Of a stretch of 49,951 nt of DNA, positions 23,332 through 35,000 are shown piece after piece (positions within the stretch are counted from its first letter, which is position 1; each line of letters begins with the position of its first letter). Source of the DNA: a virus (lineage: Duplodnaviria; Heunggongvirae; Uroviricota; Caudoviricetes). The DNA is taken from IMG/VR virus record IMGVR_UViG_3300021403_000003, positions 1 to 49,951 of that record. One strand, given 5' to 3'. The position numbers and the translations under genes are program-made. The notes under the pieces are model-generated. The model did no database searches. It was not told where the DNA came from and worked only from the letters and a program-made list of their open reading frames with translations.

Positions 23332-25178
23332 TGATAGAACGTAACTTTATGGGTCTAGACGGATTTGTCTGGTGGATTGGGGTCGTTGAAAGTAGGCAAG
23401 ATCCATTGGCAATTGGACGTGTGAAATGTCGTGCATATGGTGTTCACAGCTCATCATTGACAGATATTCCTTCTGATGACCTTCCTTGGGCAATTGTTGC
23501 TCAAGCAACTAATTCTGATAGTTCTCCTTGGTTGAAAGAAGGAGATACTGTCATGGGAATGTTTGCAGATGGTCGATCATGTCAAGTTCCAATTGTTATG
23601 TTCAAGCTTCCTGGATTTCAGGTTGTTCCTGCAAATGGTGCAGGATTTATGGATCAACGTTCAAGTGCTGATTTGCAAAATGCTCCTCGTAAGCCCACAT
23701 CATTGACTTACAAGTCTGATGGATCAGGTATCAATGTTTCTAATCCATCAACTGCCGTGACTTATCCGTTGCCTCAGGAGCTGGGTAAACCCACATTAAG
23801 TGGAGCAACTCGTTATGATATTGCAAATACAGTCATTCAAGCTCGTAAAACCAATTTAGATAAGGGAGTCGTGACTGCAACAGGATTGACCTGGGATGAA
23901 CCATATCCTTCCTATAATCCATTATATCCGTATAACAAAGCCACAGAAACGGAATCCGGTCATCTTATTGAATTCGATGATACTCCAGGTAATGAGCGTA
24001 TCACATTTACTCATCGTGCGGGTGGATTCATTGATATGTATCCTACAGGTACACGTGTAGATAAGATCACCAAGTCTAAGTATGAAATTGTTATGGGTGA
24101 TGATTATGTTCATATCATGGGACGTGTACTTGTCACAGTTGGAGAAGGGGTCTATATAAAAGCTCTCGGTAATGTAAACATTGAAGCTGATAACGATCTC
24201 AACGTAAGTGTTGGTGGAAACATGAATGTGGCAGTGAAGAAACAATTTAATCTTCAAGCTGCTAGTGCATCTTGGAATATTAAAGGTGATTCTAATATGG
24301 TTGTTGGTGGGAAATCATTCATTACATCCACGGGTGATTTACATTTGGATGCTCAAGGAACGGGCTTCTTTACTTCACAAGGTCAATTGGAATTCTTGGC
24401 AACAGGGACGATTGACTTGATGGGTTTGGAGATTAATTGTGAAATTGGTGCACAATCTGCATTACAAGGATCAGCTGTATCATTACCAGATCCAAATACA
24501 GGTCAACCAAATCAAGGATTGGCTGGATTAGAATCAACACCGAACCCTTGGCAACAGAATTTCATCTATTTGGATGCTTACACAGGTACAGCAGCAAAAC
24601 ATGCTATGTTGCTTACTGCAAATGGTGCACCACCAGATAAAAACACTTCAAATGTTACTTGTAATTTTGATGCCAATACTAAGACATTTTTGACATCAGA
24701 TCAATGGACTATCAGTGATGCTGGATTACAATCATTACAACAACGTGAAGGTTTTGCTAAGGCTTTGGCAAATGGATCATGTGTTGCTTATCCAGACCCA
24801 GTTATTGGCCCAGCATTGCTAACTATCGGATATGGTTGCACTCAGGTTGTATTGCCGTATACATTGACAGCAAATACAGTCAGGACAAAGGAAGAAGCAG
24901 TGCAAGACCAATTGAGTGCAATCAATAATATTTTCCTTCCAAAGATTAAAGAATATGTCAATGTTGATCTAACTCAGAATATGATAGACGCATTGATTTC
25001 ATTTGTTTTTAATGTGGGTGTACCAAACTTCTCCACCAGTACTTTGTTGAAAGATATCAATGCACAAAACTGGTGTAAGGCAAAAATAGACTTTTTGGCA
25101 TGGAATAAATCAGCTGGTAAAGTAATTTCGAATTTGGTGAAGAGGCGTCAAGATGAGGCTAATCAATTCATATCATGA
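23331..25178 (+). CDS. gp5: baseplate central spike gp5 with C-terminal GH24 lysozyme domain
   Basis: N-terminal OB-fold (WWIGVVE.R.DP..IGRVKCR.YG.H); YPYN...ETESGH..EFDDTPG.ER; beta-helix repeats; C-terminal EG..YPD..TIGYG, DALISF.FNVG, STLLK, W.K.AG....LVKRR.DE. Confidence 0.9.
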   Translation: MIERNFMGLDGFVWWIGVVESRQDPLAIGRVKCRAYGVHSSSLTDIPSDDLPWAIVAQATNSDSSPWLKEGDTVMGMFADGRSCQVPIVMFKLPGFQVVPANGAGFMDQRSSADLQNAPRKPTSLTYKSDGSGINVSNPSTAVTYPLPQELGKPTLSGATRYDIANTVIQARKTNLDKGVVTATGLTWDEPYPSYNPLYPYNKATETESGHLIEFDDTPGNERITFTHRAGGFIDMYPTGTRVDKITKSKYEIVMGDDYVHIMGRVLVTVGEGVYIKALGNVNIEADNDLNVSVGGNMNVAVKKQFNLQAASASWNIKGDSNMVVGGKSFITSTGDLHLDAQGTGFFTSQGQLEFLATGTIDLMGLEINCEIGAQSALQGSAVSLPDPNTGQPNQGLAGLESTPNPWQQNFIYLDAYTGTAAKHAMLLTANGAPPDKNTSNVTCNFDANTKTFLTSDQWTISDAGLQSLQQREGFAKALANGSCVAYPDPVIGPALLTIGYGCTQVVLPYTLTANTVRTKEEAVQDQLSAINNIFLPKIKEYVNVDLTQNMIDALISFVFNVGVPNFSTSTLLKDINAQNWCKAKIDFLAWNKSAGKVISNLVKRRQDEANQFIS

Positions 25179-25273
25179 ACAAATGCAAACAATGTAACAA
25201 ACATTTACCAGGTTGGTCATTTAAATTCTGTTCTACATGGTGCAGATCGGTTTGGTTCTCATTGAAACACTAA
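25175..25273 (+). CDS. tiny zinc-ribbon protein, 32 aa (not in ORF track)
   Basis: MNKCKQCNKHLPGWSFKFCSTWCRSVWFSLKH; CxxC-x11-CSxxC; ATGA overlap with the gp5 stop. Confidence 0.55.
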   Translation: MNKCKQCNKHLPGWSFKFCSTWCRSVWFSLKH

Positions 25274-25276
25274 ATA
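25270..25276 (+). promoter_or_regulatory. late promoter
   Basis: CTAAATA upstream of gp25. Confidence 0.5.
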
Positions 25277-25299
25277 ACTGATAACCCATTGAGAAAGCA

Positions 25300-25704
25300 A
25301 TGTCAGCTCCAATTCAAACTCAAGTCACACCTTACAAGGATTTTAACATCAATTTCACCCCACATCCGATAACAGGAGATTTGTTATTGATCAAAGGTGT
25401 TCAATCTGTTGTTCAATCTGTTGTCAATTTGATCATGACCAATCACTATGATAGACCATTTCATCCTGAAATTGGTGGTAATGTTCAAAGATTGTTATTT
25501 GAATTGTCTGATCCTACGACAGCTAGTCTTTTGAGTGATGAAATCACTAATGTGATTTTGAATTTTGAAAAGAGAGCTCAGATCATTAGTGTGAATGTGA
25601 TAAGTGATCCAGATAATAATGGTTACAATGTGACTATCACTTTTTCAGTTGTGAGTAATGCCACCCCAATAACAATATCTTTCTTCCTTGAAAGATTGAG
25701 ATGA
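25300..25704 (+). CDS. gp25: baseplate wedge subunit gp25
   Basis: YKDF..NF..HP.TGDL, V.QSV.NLI.TN.YDRPF.PEIG, FE.R. Confidence 0.93.
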   Translation: MSAPIQTQVTPYKDFNINFTPHPITGDLLLIKGVQSVVQSVVNLIMTNHYDRPFHPEIGGNVQRLLFELSDPTTASLLSDEITNVILNFEKRAQIISVNVISDPDNNGYNVTITFSVVSNATPITISFFLERLR

Positions 25705-25709
25705 TATAA

Positions 25710-27773
25710 ATGAGTTCAGCTAACAACGAAAAAATTGTCATTTCAAGCCTAGATTTCGATAGCATCAAGGCGAATTTCATCCAGTACATGCAAAGTCAGA
25801 ATACATTTCTAGACTTTGATTTCACTGGTTCAGCAATCAATCAATTGATTGATATTCTTTGTTTGAATACTCATTATCTTTCATTTTATTTGAATATGGC
25901 AGTCAATGAAGCGTTTTTAGATACAGCAGTCCTTAAGCCGAACATTATTTCTCATGCAAAATTGCTATCATATACCCCTCGTTCAATGACTGCTTCACAA
26001 GCGACAATCAACGTTGCAATAACAAAATCAAATGGTGATTCAACAACAATATTGACGATGCCAAGGTTCACAGCTTTCACTTCTCAAGCTCTTAATGGTG
26101 TTTCATATAATTTTGTAACTGTTGATTCAGCAACGGTATCAAATACAGGAAATCAATTCAATTTTACAGGTGTACAAATCAAAGAAGGTCAACCTGTTGT
26201 CAAAACATTTGTTGTTGATAGCACCACCAATCCAACACAATCATTTGATTTGGCTGATAGTTCTATAGACACAAGTACATTACAAGTTGTAGTTCAGACT
26301 AGCAACACAAATCTGAGTCAAAACACATTTACGTTGGCAGAAAATGCAACTGAAGTCACAGGCGATACTAACGTCTACTACATCGACATCGGTCAATCTA
26401 GTAACTATCAGATATATTTTGGTGATGGTATTTTAGGAACTCAATTACAAGATGGTAATCTTGTGATAGTGAGTTATTTGTCCACTTCTGGTACACCGGC
26501 CAATCAAATTCAGACATTCAAACTTCAAACTGCTTTGTTATCTGGGTCAACTGCTAATGTTACAACAGTGATTCCTTCCTCTGGGGGTTCTGACGCAGAA
26601 TCTAGTGCTAGCATTAAACTCAATGCACCAAAGAGTTATCTTTCCCAAAATCGTTGTGTTACTGTAAATGATTATATCAATCAGATCAGTAAACGATATC
26701 CATTTTTCCAATCTGTTACTGTTTGGGGAGGAGAGAAAAATATTCCTCCTGTTTATGGTAAAGTGTTCATCAGTGCACTACCGTTGAATGGATTTACTGT
26801 AACAGAAGCACAAAAGCAGGTATTGATCAATACTGTTTTGCAACCAATTGGTGTGCTTACAGTTATTCCGCAATTTGTTGATGCAGATGAAACATTTTTG
26901 AATTTTCGTGTTGATGCATTTTACGATCCAAAACAGACTTCAAGTACAGCTACACAAATGCAAAGTATTGTGGCCAATAGTGTTATTTCCTGGGCAAATG
27001 GAAATTTGAATCAGTTCAACAATGCATTTCGTCAAAGTAAACTTCTTCGTGCAATAGACGATTCTGATCTTTCCATAACTGGATCTGCATGTAATATTTT
27101 TTTACAAAAGAGGTTTGACCCAATACTGAATACAGAAGTCACTTATACATTGAATTTTGGTATCCCATTACAGGTAGGTTCTGGACAAAATAGGGTTTAT
27201 TCATCTCCTACTTTTGAACAAACTGATCAAACCGGAACTCTTCGTCAATGTTTTATTGAAGAAGTACCATTATCAAGCACTGGTGTAGAATCTATTTCGG
27301 TTTTGACCCCTGGTTCTGGTTACACTTCTGTTCCAACTATCACTATTCTGGGGGATGGTACTGGAGCAAATGCATTTGCAATTATCGTTAATGGGAAAAT
27401 TGCTTCTGTTGTTGTAGATCAACAAGGTGCAGAATACACAACTGCAACTGTTGAAATTTCAGGAGGCGGAGGATCGGGTGCCCTTCTCGAAGCTATTACA
27501 CAACAAACAACAGGAACTTTGCGCAGTTACTATTTTGATCAAAATAACATCAAAACAGTGTTGAGTAACAATATAGGAACTATTGATTATACGAATGGGA
27601 TATTGGTTCTGAATGATTTCACAACATCAAATGTGTCTAATCCGAGTGGAACCTTGTCAATATATGCTCCACCAAGTGCTGATAATTTTGCATCAAAGCT
27701 TAATAACATATTGACATTTGATTCTGGTGATGTTGCTGCTGTTACTGTTAACATGAATGTTGATAAGAGCTAA
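25710..27773 (+). CDS. gp6: baseplate wedge subunit gp6
   Basis: LDFDSIK..F..YMQSQ..F.DFDF.GS, NEAFLDTA, SHAKLL.Y.P.S, AP..Y.SQNR.VT.NDY, VWGGE...PP.YGKVFIS. Confidence 0.93.
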   Translation: MSSANNEKIVISSLDFDSIKANFIQYMQSQNTFLDFDFTGSAINQLIDILCLNTHYLSFYLNMAVNEAFLDTAVLKPNIISHAKLLSYTPRSMTASQATINVAITKSNGDSTTILTMPRFTAFTSQALNGVSYNFVTVDSATVSNTGNQFNFTGVQIKEGQPVVKTFVVDSTTNPTQSFDLADSSIDTSTLQVVVQTSNTNLSQNTFTLAENATEVTGDTNVYYIDIGQSSNYQIYFGDGILGTQLQDGNLVIVSYLSTSGTPANQIQTFKLQTALLSGSTANVTTVIPSSGGSDAESSASIKLNAPKSYLSQNRCVTVNDYINQISKRYPFFQSVTVWGGEKNIPPVYGKVFISALPLNGFTVTEAQKQVLINTVLQPIGVLTVIPQFVDADETFLNFRVDAFYDPKQTSSTATQMQSIVANSVISWANGNLNQFNNAFRQSKLLRAIDDSDLSITGSACNIFLQKRFDPILNTEVTYTLNFGIPLQVGSGQNRVYSSPTFEQTDQTGTLRQCFIEEVPLSSTGVESISVLTPGSGYTSVPTITILGDGTGANAFAIIVNGKIASVVVDQQGAEYTTATVEISGGGGSGALLEAITQQTTGTLRSYYFDQNNIKTVLSNNIGTIDYTNGILVLNDFTTSNVSNPSGTLSIYAPPSADNFASKLNNILTFDSGDVAAVTVNMNVDKS

Positions 27774-27783
27774 GGTGATCTGA

Positions 27784-30456
27784 ATGGCTGTTTTAACAAA
27801 CACAATCAGTTCTCATGTATCCTCTCAATTTCCTACATACATCAAGGATTCCTATCCAAATCTTGTAACATTTGTCAAAGCATACTATCAATGGCTTGAG
27901 GATAGCACTCAAGGCAACAGTATCTATCAATTATATAACTTGTTGAATTACAGGATGATTGATACAACAACTGATCAATTTTTACAGATTTTCAAGAAAG
28001 ATTATCTCCCTTACTTTCCAAATGAAATATCATTGGATTTGAAAAAGCTTCTTAAGGTTGCAACTCAATTTTATCAAACTAAGGGAACAGAAAATTCCAT
28101 AGAATTTCTATTTCGTGCTCTTTACAACCTTGATGCTCAGATTTATTATCCGAAACAGAACATTCTTCGTGTTAGTGATGGAAAATGGAATTTACCACAA
28201 TCATTGAAAGTTACCTTAACAGGGAATGATACTACATTTGATATTTCTCTTCTTCCTGGAAGAAGAGGGGTTGGTGTAGAATCAAACACAACCTGTGTTG
28301 TTGAAAGCGCAACACTATCAATTGATCCAACATTGAATAGGGAAATATTGGAAATATTCATTTCCAATGTGTCTGATAATTTCATTCCTGGAGAACAACT
28401 CAAAATCATTTGTGGTAATGATAATATAGGACAACCTATTGTTTTTGAAGAGAAAATTATTGGTTCCTTGTCTGGTATAATTGTTGATCCTAATAATCAA
28501 GGTTTGAAATATGTAGGAACAAAATTCAACACAGACGGAACAATTTCCTATCCAGGAGATCCTGTTTCCATTATTGGCGGTTTAGCATCATCGAATGATG
28601 TTATTCAAGCTGTTGCATATGTTGGTAACGTCACTGTTGGTTCTTTGCAATCTGTTGCAGTCACCAGTGGTGGTTATGGATTTCGTTTGCAACCTAACAC
28701 GGAAGTCAATGTTGTTGCGGCACCTGGTGACACAGGTGTTGGTGCAAATGTGATTGTTGATGGTGTTGATTCATCAAATCAAGTGTTTTTGTTCTTGAAT
28801 ACCGACAGTATTGAATTCAAAGCCAATGTTCAACTTGGTTCTAATAATTATGCATTCAGCAACACTGTGAATGCAAATATACACACTGTTCTTGGTAATG
28901 CCTTTAGTTTTGCGAACATATCAGTTGCTCCAATTTCTCACATGAATGTGATTAGTGGTGGGTCTGGTTATGGTCAAATTCCAACGTTGAATCTTTTGTC
29001 AGTGTTCGAAAGCGATCTTAGTCAATCATTGTTAGCAGTATATCAAGCTGTACCAACTCAGAATAATTTGATCCTATATCTACAATCAAGACCAGCTGTA
29101 CAAGATCTAGGCCGTATTGCTGCTGTTCAAGTTCTTAATGGTGGTTCTGGATACTCTAATGTAACAGATACAATTAGAGTTGATAGTTCAATAGGTTATG
29201 GTGCTACATTTGATTTTATCACTGGTGCAAATGGTACTATCACCAAGGTTTTGGTCACTAACAGTGGATTTGGGTATGCAAGACCAAAGCCACCTGTTTT
29301 GTTAGCAAACAGTGCAAATGGTGCAGCAAATTCAAATGGTACTGGAGCAGTATTACAAGCTTTTGGTGACAATGATGGAGAAGCTTTCTCTTTGTCCGTA
29401 TCTGCGATTGGTCGTGTTCAAACGATTCGAATGGTTAATAGAGGATTCGATTATATCAATACACCTCTGGTTTCTTTGAAGAATCAAGATGTAACAATTC
29501 AACCGATATCCAACAATGTGTTCTACACCCAAAGTGAAAAAGTATTCCAAGGTGCAAATGTTAATACAGCAACTTTCATTGCATTTGTAGATCAATATGA
29601 TAGAGGTAACAGTATACTCAGATTGTACAATTATACTGGAGTTATCAATTTGTCCCAGCAATTGATTGGGGCAAATTTGAATGCAATTCCTGTTTCTGTT
29701 CACGTTTATGGTAATGGTAAAGCAAAAGCTAATGCACAATTCTTTGGAGGATTGATCAAATATCCTGGATTTTGGATCAGCACTGATGGTCAATTAAGTG
29801 CTGATCAGTTTCTTCAAGACTCGGTCACATATCATAACTATAGTTATCTTGTTCAAGTAGAGAAAGCTCTTGAACAGTATGAAGATACCATCACGAAGAT
29901 ATTACATCCTGCTGGCATGAGAATGTTAGGATTGATGACAATAACAGATAATCAACATCAGGGTGATGTGATAACCGCAAAAGCAATTCAATTGTCTAAT
30001 ACTGCAAACCTTTCTGGTATTGTCAATATAAATGCATTCAGCAATGGTATTTTGTTTGGCAGCAATACTCATTTTGTTGGGAACGTAAATCCAGGAGATT
30101 TGTTCACTATTTCTTATCTTGATGGACGTTCACAGACTAAGGAAGTCAAAACAGTTATCAATGCTACCGCTCTTTTGTTGGATAGTAACACTGTATATTT
30201 TGGTCAAGACACACTCAGTACAACTAATGGTTCTAATCTGATGATATCATCAGGTCACACAAGTAATCTGGTTGCAAATGATATAATCGTTACAAATATC
30301 AGTGGCAATGTTCAAACTTCTATTGTGATTTTGGTAGATGACAATGTTGGTAATGTCACAGTCAACACATTGTTCACATCCAATACAACCAATGTTTATT
30401 ATCAAGTCTATCCGAACATGAATAATGAGGTTTACATCGTTGATACTGATGCCTAA
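27784..30456 (+). CDS. gp7: baseplate wedge initiator gp7
   Basis: F..FVKAYYQWLE, FYQTKGT..S..FLFR.LY, P...ILR.SDG.W, LQDS..Y.NYSY, HPAGM. Confidence 0.85.
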   Translation: MAVLTNTISSHVSSQFPTYIKDSYPNLVTFVKAYYQWLEDSTQGNSIYQLYNLLNYRMIDTTTDQFLQIFKKDYLPYFPNEISLDLKKLLKVATQFYQTKGTENSIEFLFRALYNLDAQIYYPKQNILRVSDGKWNLPQSLKVTLTGNDTTFDISLLPGRRGVGVESNTTCVVESATLSIDPTLNREILEIFISNVSDNFIPGEQLKIICGNDNIGQPIVFEEKIIGSLSGIIVDPNNQGLKYVGTKFNTDGTISYPGDPVSIIGGLASSNDVIQAVAYVGNVTVGSLQSVAVTSGGYGFRLQPNTEVNVVAAPGDTGVGANVIVDGVDSSNQVFLFLNTDSIEFKANVQLGSNNYAFSNTVNANIHTVLGNAFSFANISVAPISHMNVISGGSGYGQIPTLNLLSVFESDLSQSLLAVYQAVPTQNNLILYLQSRPAVQDLGRIAAVQVLNGGSGYSNVTDTIRVDSSIGYGATFDFITGANGTITKVLVTNSGFGYARPKPPVLLANSANGAANSNGTGAVLQAFGDNDGEAFSLSVSAIGRVQTIRMVNRGFDYINTPLVSLKNQDVTIQPISNNVFYTQSEKVFQGANVNTATFIAFVDQYDRGNSILRLYNYTGVINLSQQLIGANLNAIPVSVHVYGNGKAKANAQFFGGLIKYPGFWISTDGQLSADQFLQDSVTYHNYSYLVQVEKALEQYEDTITKILHPAGMRMLGLMTITDNQHQGDVITAKAIQLSNTANLSGIVNINAFSNGILFGSNTHFVGNVNPGDLFTISYLDGRSQTKEVKTVINATALLLDSNTVYFGQDTLSTTNGSNLMISSGHTSNLVANDIIVTNISGNVQTSIVILVDDNVGNVTVNTLFTSNTTNVYYQVYPNMNNEVYIVDTDA

Positions 30457-30459
30457 ATA
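30453..30459 (+). promoter_or_regulatory. late promoter
   Basis: CTAAATA upstream of gp8. Confidence 0.5.
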
Positions 30460-30477
30460 ATTCATTGAGAAAACAAC

Positions 30478-32085
30478 ATGATATCAGAAAAGAATCTCCT
30501 AACAGTCAATCAACGTATTTCCCTAGCTAATGGTTTTACCCAAGCCATTACAGCAGCCAATGTGTATTTGACAATTGGTCAAGAATCTCCATATACTGCA
30601 AATGATTTATTGATCCCTGTTCCTAATCAAAGCACAGACTATATCAACAATATTTGGCGTAACATGGTTGCATTGAAGCGTGTTACAGCAGCTGATGTCG
30701 CATTTGTCGTACCTCGTGTGGATTGGCAATCTGGTGTTGTGTATGATATGTGGGACAATCAGGTTGATATGTATTCAACTATCGATTTGGCTGCACTCCA
30801 AGGTACTGTTAATGTATCAAATTCCAGGACAGTTATCGGAACTAACACGACTTTCCTTTCCCAATTGACCAATGGTAATTTATTGTATCTGGGTGGTGAT
30901 GGTGAAAATACTGCACCACAGATACTTCAAGTCACAGATATATTATCTAATACCTCTTTGAATGTTAATACATCGTTTTCTGGTTCATTCATTCAAAATA
31001 CACCTTATCTTGTTACAGATACTTCACCAAATTACGCAACCAATTTTTATGCTCGTAATTCAATGGATCAAGTTTTTATCTGTTTACAGAATAATAATGG
31101 TGTAACATCAACTGTCATGCCACAATTGTCTATCGGTGGTCAATTGCCAATCAATCCATTCATCATTACAAGTGATGGATATAAATGGAAATATCTTTAC
31201 ACCATTCCTTCTGGACAGAAACAATTGTTTTTCTCTAAAGATTGGATGCCAGTGTTCAGAGATCCTTCTGTAGTTGCAGCCACGGTTGACGGTGAAATTG
31301 ATATTATTGTGATCAACAATGGTGGTTCTGGATACAATCAGAACGTCGCATCTAACTCTGCTTCAATCATCACTATCGTGGGTGATGGTGTTAATGCAAA
31401 TGCAACAGCAAAGGTTGATGCCAATGGTTCAATTTTTGATATCAACCTATTGAATGGTGGATCAGGATATACAACAGCAAATGTTGTTCTTAACGCTGGA
31501 GTTAATGGTGCTGGCGCAAACCTACGTGTGATTATTGGTCCTCAGGGTGGTCATGGATATAATCCTGTTTATGAACTTGGTGCAACTTCTGTTATGGTAA
31601 GCCTAAAGCTTTCTGGAACAGAAGGTGGAACTTTACCAACAGGTGCATCAGTAGGAACAGGCTTGTTTGAATATAGACAAATAGGTCTTATTTTGCAACC
31701 GTTGTTGGTATCTGGTAGTTTCGCAACCAATACAAATTATGGTACAATAACTACAGTGACTGTACAGCCTCTCCCAGCTGGTCAGTTCTTCAACATAGCT
31801 GAAACTGTATACCAAGGATCAAGCCTTGCTCAGGCAACCTTCGTTGGTACTGTAGTGTTTTGGGACGATACAAATGACATTCTGTGGCTAAATAACATCA
31901 ACGGATCATTCTCACCACAATCTCCTATTATTGGAACTATACAGACTACTCCAGTGACTGCATTTATATTGACTCCATCTGTAGTTAAAAAATATAGCGG
32001 TAGGATTTTATATGTGAACAATGTGTTGCCAGTTATTCGTGGTGCTAACCAGACTGAACAAGTTAGATTGATATTGAGTTTCTAA
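30478..32085 (+). CDS. gp8: baseplate wedge subunit gp8
   Basis: MVALKRV, VPR.DW.SG.VYDMW, VFICL.N, DGYKWKYLYTI, WMPV, GGHG.NP..ELG, YRQIGLI, QTEQVRLILSF. Confidence 0.9.
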   Translation: MISEKNLLTVNQRISLANGFTQAITAANVYLTIGQESPYTANDLLIPVPNQSTDYINNIWRNMVALKRVTAADVAFVVPRVDWQSGVVYDMWDNQVDMYSTIDLAALQGTVNVSNSRTVIGTNTTFLSQLTNGNLLYLGGDGENTAPQILQVTDILSNTSLNVNTSFSGSFIQNTPYLVTDTSPNYATNFYARNSMDQVFICLQNNNGVTSTVMPQLSIGGQLPINPFIITSDGYKWKYLYTIPSGQKQLFFSKDWMPVFRDPSVVAATVDGEIDIIVINNGGSGYNQNVASNSASIITIVGDGVNANATAKVDANGSIFDINLLNGGSGYTTANVVLNAGVNGAGANLRVIIGPQGGHGYNPVYELGATSVMVSLKLSGTEGGTLPTGASVGTGLFEYRQIGLILQPLLVSGSFATNTNYGTITTVTVQPLPAGQFFNIAETVYQGSSLAQATFVGTVVFWDDTNDILWLNNINGSFSPQSPIIGTIQTTPVTAFILTPSVVKKYSGRILYVNNVLPVIRGANQTEQVRLILSF

Positions 32086-32096
32086 GAGGAACATAA

Positions 32097-35000
32097 GTGC
32101 CTAATTATCAAAATTCCAGTCCATACTTTGATGATGCAAATGAAGCTATCTCAAAGGATTATGTCCAGATCTTATTTCGTCCGGGATTTGCTGTCCAAGG
32201 CCGTGAACTTACGCAACTTCAATCATTGTTGCAATATCAGATCAGTCAAATGGGAGATTTCCTATTCACAGATGGATCTCCTGTTGTTGGTGGACATATC
32301 ACTTTTGATAACACTGTTACATCTTTATTGATTCAGGCAAATGATAACATCAGCCTTTCTGATTTTGCTGGCACTCTTCTTATCAATTCTGTTGGTCCTG
32401 TAACAACTCGTGCAGTTTGTATTTCTGTTGATGATACAGTTTCATCCAACACTGTGGAAGGTGCATTGGTTGTGAAATATCTCTCAGGATTTGAGTTCAA
32501 TCCTGGTGATACACTTCAGATTGCAACAAATACAACAGAAACCGCAAGTCTATTAACATCTAACGCAGTGACGAAAGGTTCTATCGTTTCCATTAATGAT
32601 GGTGTTTTTTATGTCAGTGGATATTTTGTTGCTGTTTCTAAGCAGACTATTGTTTTAGATTCTGAAGATCAGTTTCCATCATACCGTGTTGGATTGGAAA
32701 TTGATGATAGTATTATTGATGAATCAACAGATTCAACTTTATTAGACCCTGCACAAAGCTCCTTTAATTATCAGGCTCCAGGTGCAACTCGTTATCAATA
32801 CAAGCTTGTATTGGCAAAGCGTTTGTTGAATAGTACAGATGACAGTAAGTTTTTTGAATTACTCCGTATCGAAAATGGTGTAATTACTAGTCAGGTTGAA
32901 TATCCTGTTCTTGGAAACATTGAGCAAGTTCTGGCTCGTCGCACATATGATCAATCTGGTAACTTTACAGTTGATCCTTTCATCGCATCAACTGTAGATG
33001 ATGCAAGTAATGCAAACAACATGATTGTGAGTGTTGGTCCAGGTAATGCATATATTGAAGGATTTCAATTCCAAACAATCGCCCCTGTAAAATTGAACAA
33101 TCCAAAAGCTCGTTCAACCAATACGGCAACAGATTTCCAATTGTCACTTGAATTTGGCAACTATGTCACTGTAACAAATTTGTTCTCAGGAAACACGACC
33201 GGATTTGCTACTGACAATTTTGGTCAAGTGGATCTCCACATTGTTTCCTCTTCAAGTATCAACACTGCTAATGTTCAATCTTATGGAAATACTAAGATTG
33301 GAACAGCTCGTGTTCGCGATATTGAATTTGATGGTACTAATACTTGGTTGGCTTATCTATTGGATGTGACTTTAACACCTATTGTTATCAATGCAAATGG
33401 TGTTTCTGCAAATACGACATCGATCAGACTACCACAAAGTTTCACAGGGACAACGAATGCATTCGCAAATGTTACCATGACTGTGTTGTCTGGTAATTCC
33501 TCTGGTGATATTCGTACCATTGTGAGTTATGATTCTGTTAACAAGATCGGTTTCTTGGATCGAGCAACAACACAATTATTGGATAGCACGTCAAATGTTT
33601 CTATCAATTTCGGCATTAAAGACATCGATGCTCTAGTTGCACACCCAACAGTAGTTGCAGCAAATGTGTTTGGTACCCAGAATACAACTTCTGCTTTGTT
33701 TGCTTGCATGGATATTTCAGTACAGGGTAAGGATGCATCTGGAAATACCATTCTTTTCAATACGAATTTCAATCGTCTTGATTTTGAATTACCACAGAAC
33801 TATATTGCCCAAAATAGTTTCTCCAATGTGACATTCACGAATCGTAAGACATTGGATACAGTGCAGTTTACTTCTGGTAACACAACTATTGGTACAGGTT
33901 CTGGTTTGGGAACAGCTGAACAATTCACATTTGGATTCAGTAATCAATATTTACCTGACACGATTTCTCGAAACAATTTCTTTGTTGTAGTTCGCGATAA
34001 GCAGACATCTAATCTTGCAAATGGTCAGGTCATTACTTGGGATTTGGGAAGTAATCCAGCTGGTAATGGTGTGTATCAAACGGATTCAACCCATGTTACA
34101 TTGAAAACTGTAACCACAGGAAATTTCTTGGGTGATATCTTAGTCACTGTTCAAGATACCAACGCATCAGTGAACTTCCGTCGTACCAAAACATTGATTG
34201 GTAACACATCCAATACAACTCTTTTGACAACTGACAAATATATCAATGGTCAAGCTGTGATTGGCACAACCAATGCAAATAGTCATTATATCGATGCAGC
34301 AAATGGTTATGTTTGGTTCACTAACTGGAATGATATCAAGAAAGTTCCTGGTCAAAAACAAGGTCTTGCATTAGCAGATGTTGTACAGATTATCAAAATT
34401 TATGATTCAGGTTCTCCATCACAAGCACCAAATACCATAAACTCAATTGATATTACAGATCGTTATTTGTTTGATAGTGGTCAACGTGATAACTATTATG
34501 ATCATGGTGGCATAATCCTACGTGATGGTCAGGCTCCTCCTGTTGGTCAGACAGTTGTGATTTTGCAATATTATTCACATGATTCAACGACTGGATTTTT
34601 TAGTGCTGATTCATATAGTGCATCTGCTTATGCGAATGGTAGCATTCAAGTTTATTCTTCTGAAAGATTTGGTGCAACCAGTCTTCGTGACACGATTGAT
34701 TTTCGACCAACTCGCACAATCGGCACAACGGCAAACATCCAGTCTCTTAACCTGACTGGATTGCGTTTGCCACAACCAGATAATGCAATGACTTTGTCAT
34801 ATGCATACTATCTTCCTCGTATTGATAAATTGGCAATCACTGCAAGCAAGCAATTTCAGATCATTCAAGGAACACCTGCACTTGTTCCTCAGGTCCCAGC
34901 AGATGCTCCTGACTCAATGACAATTTATGTCATCAATGTCCCTGCATACACTTCCTCTGCTTCATTGGTAGCAATGCAGTATATTGAGAATAAACGTTAC

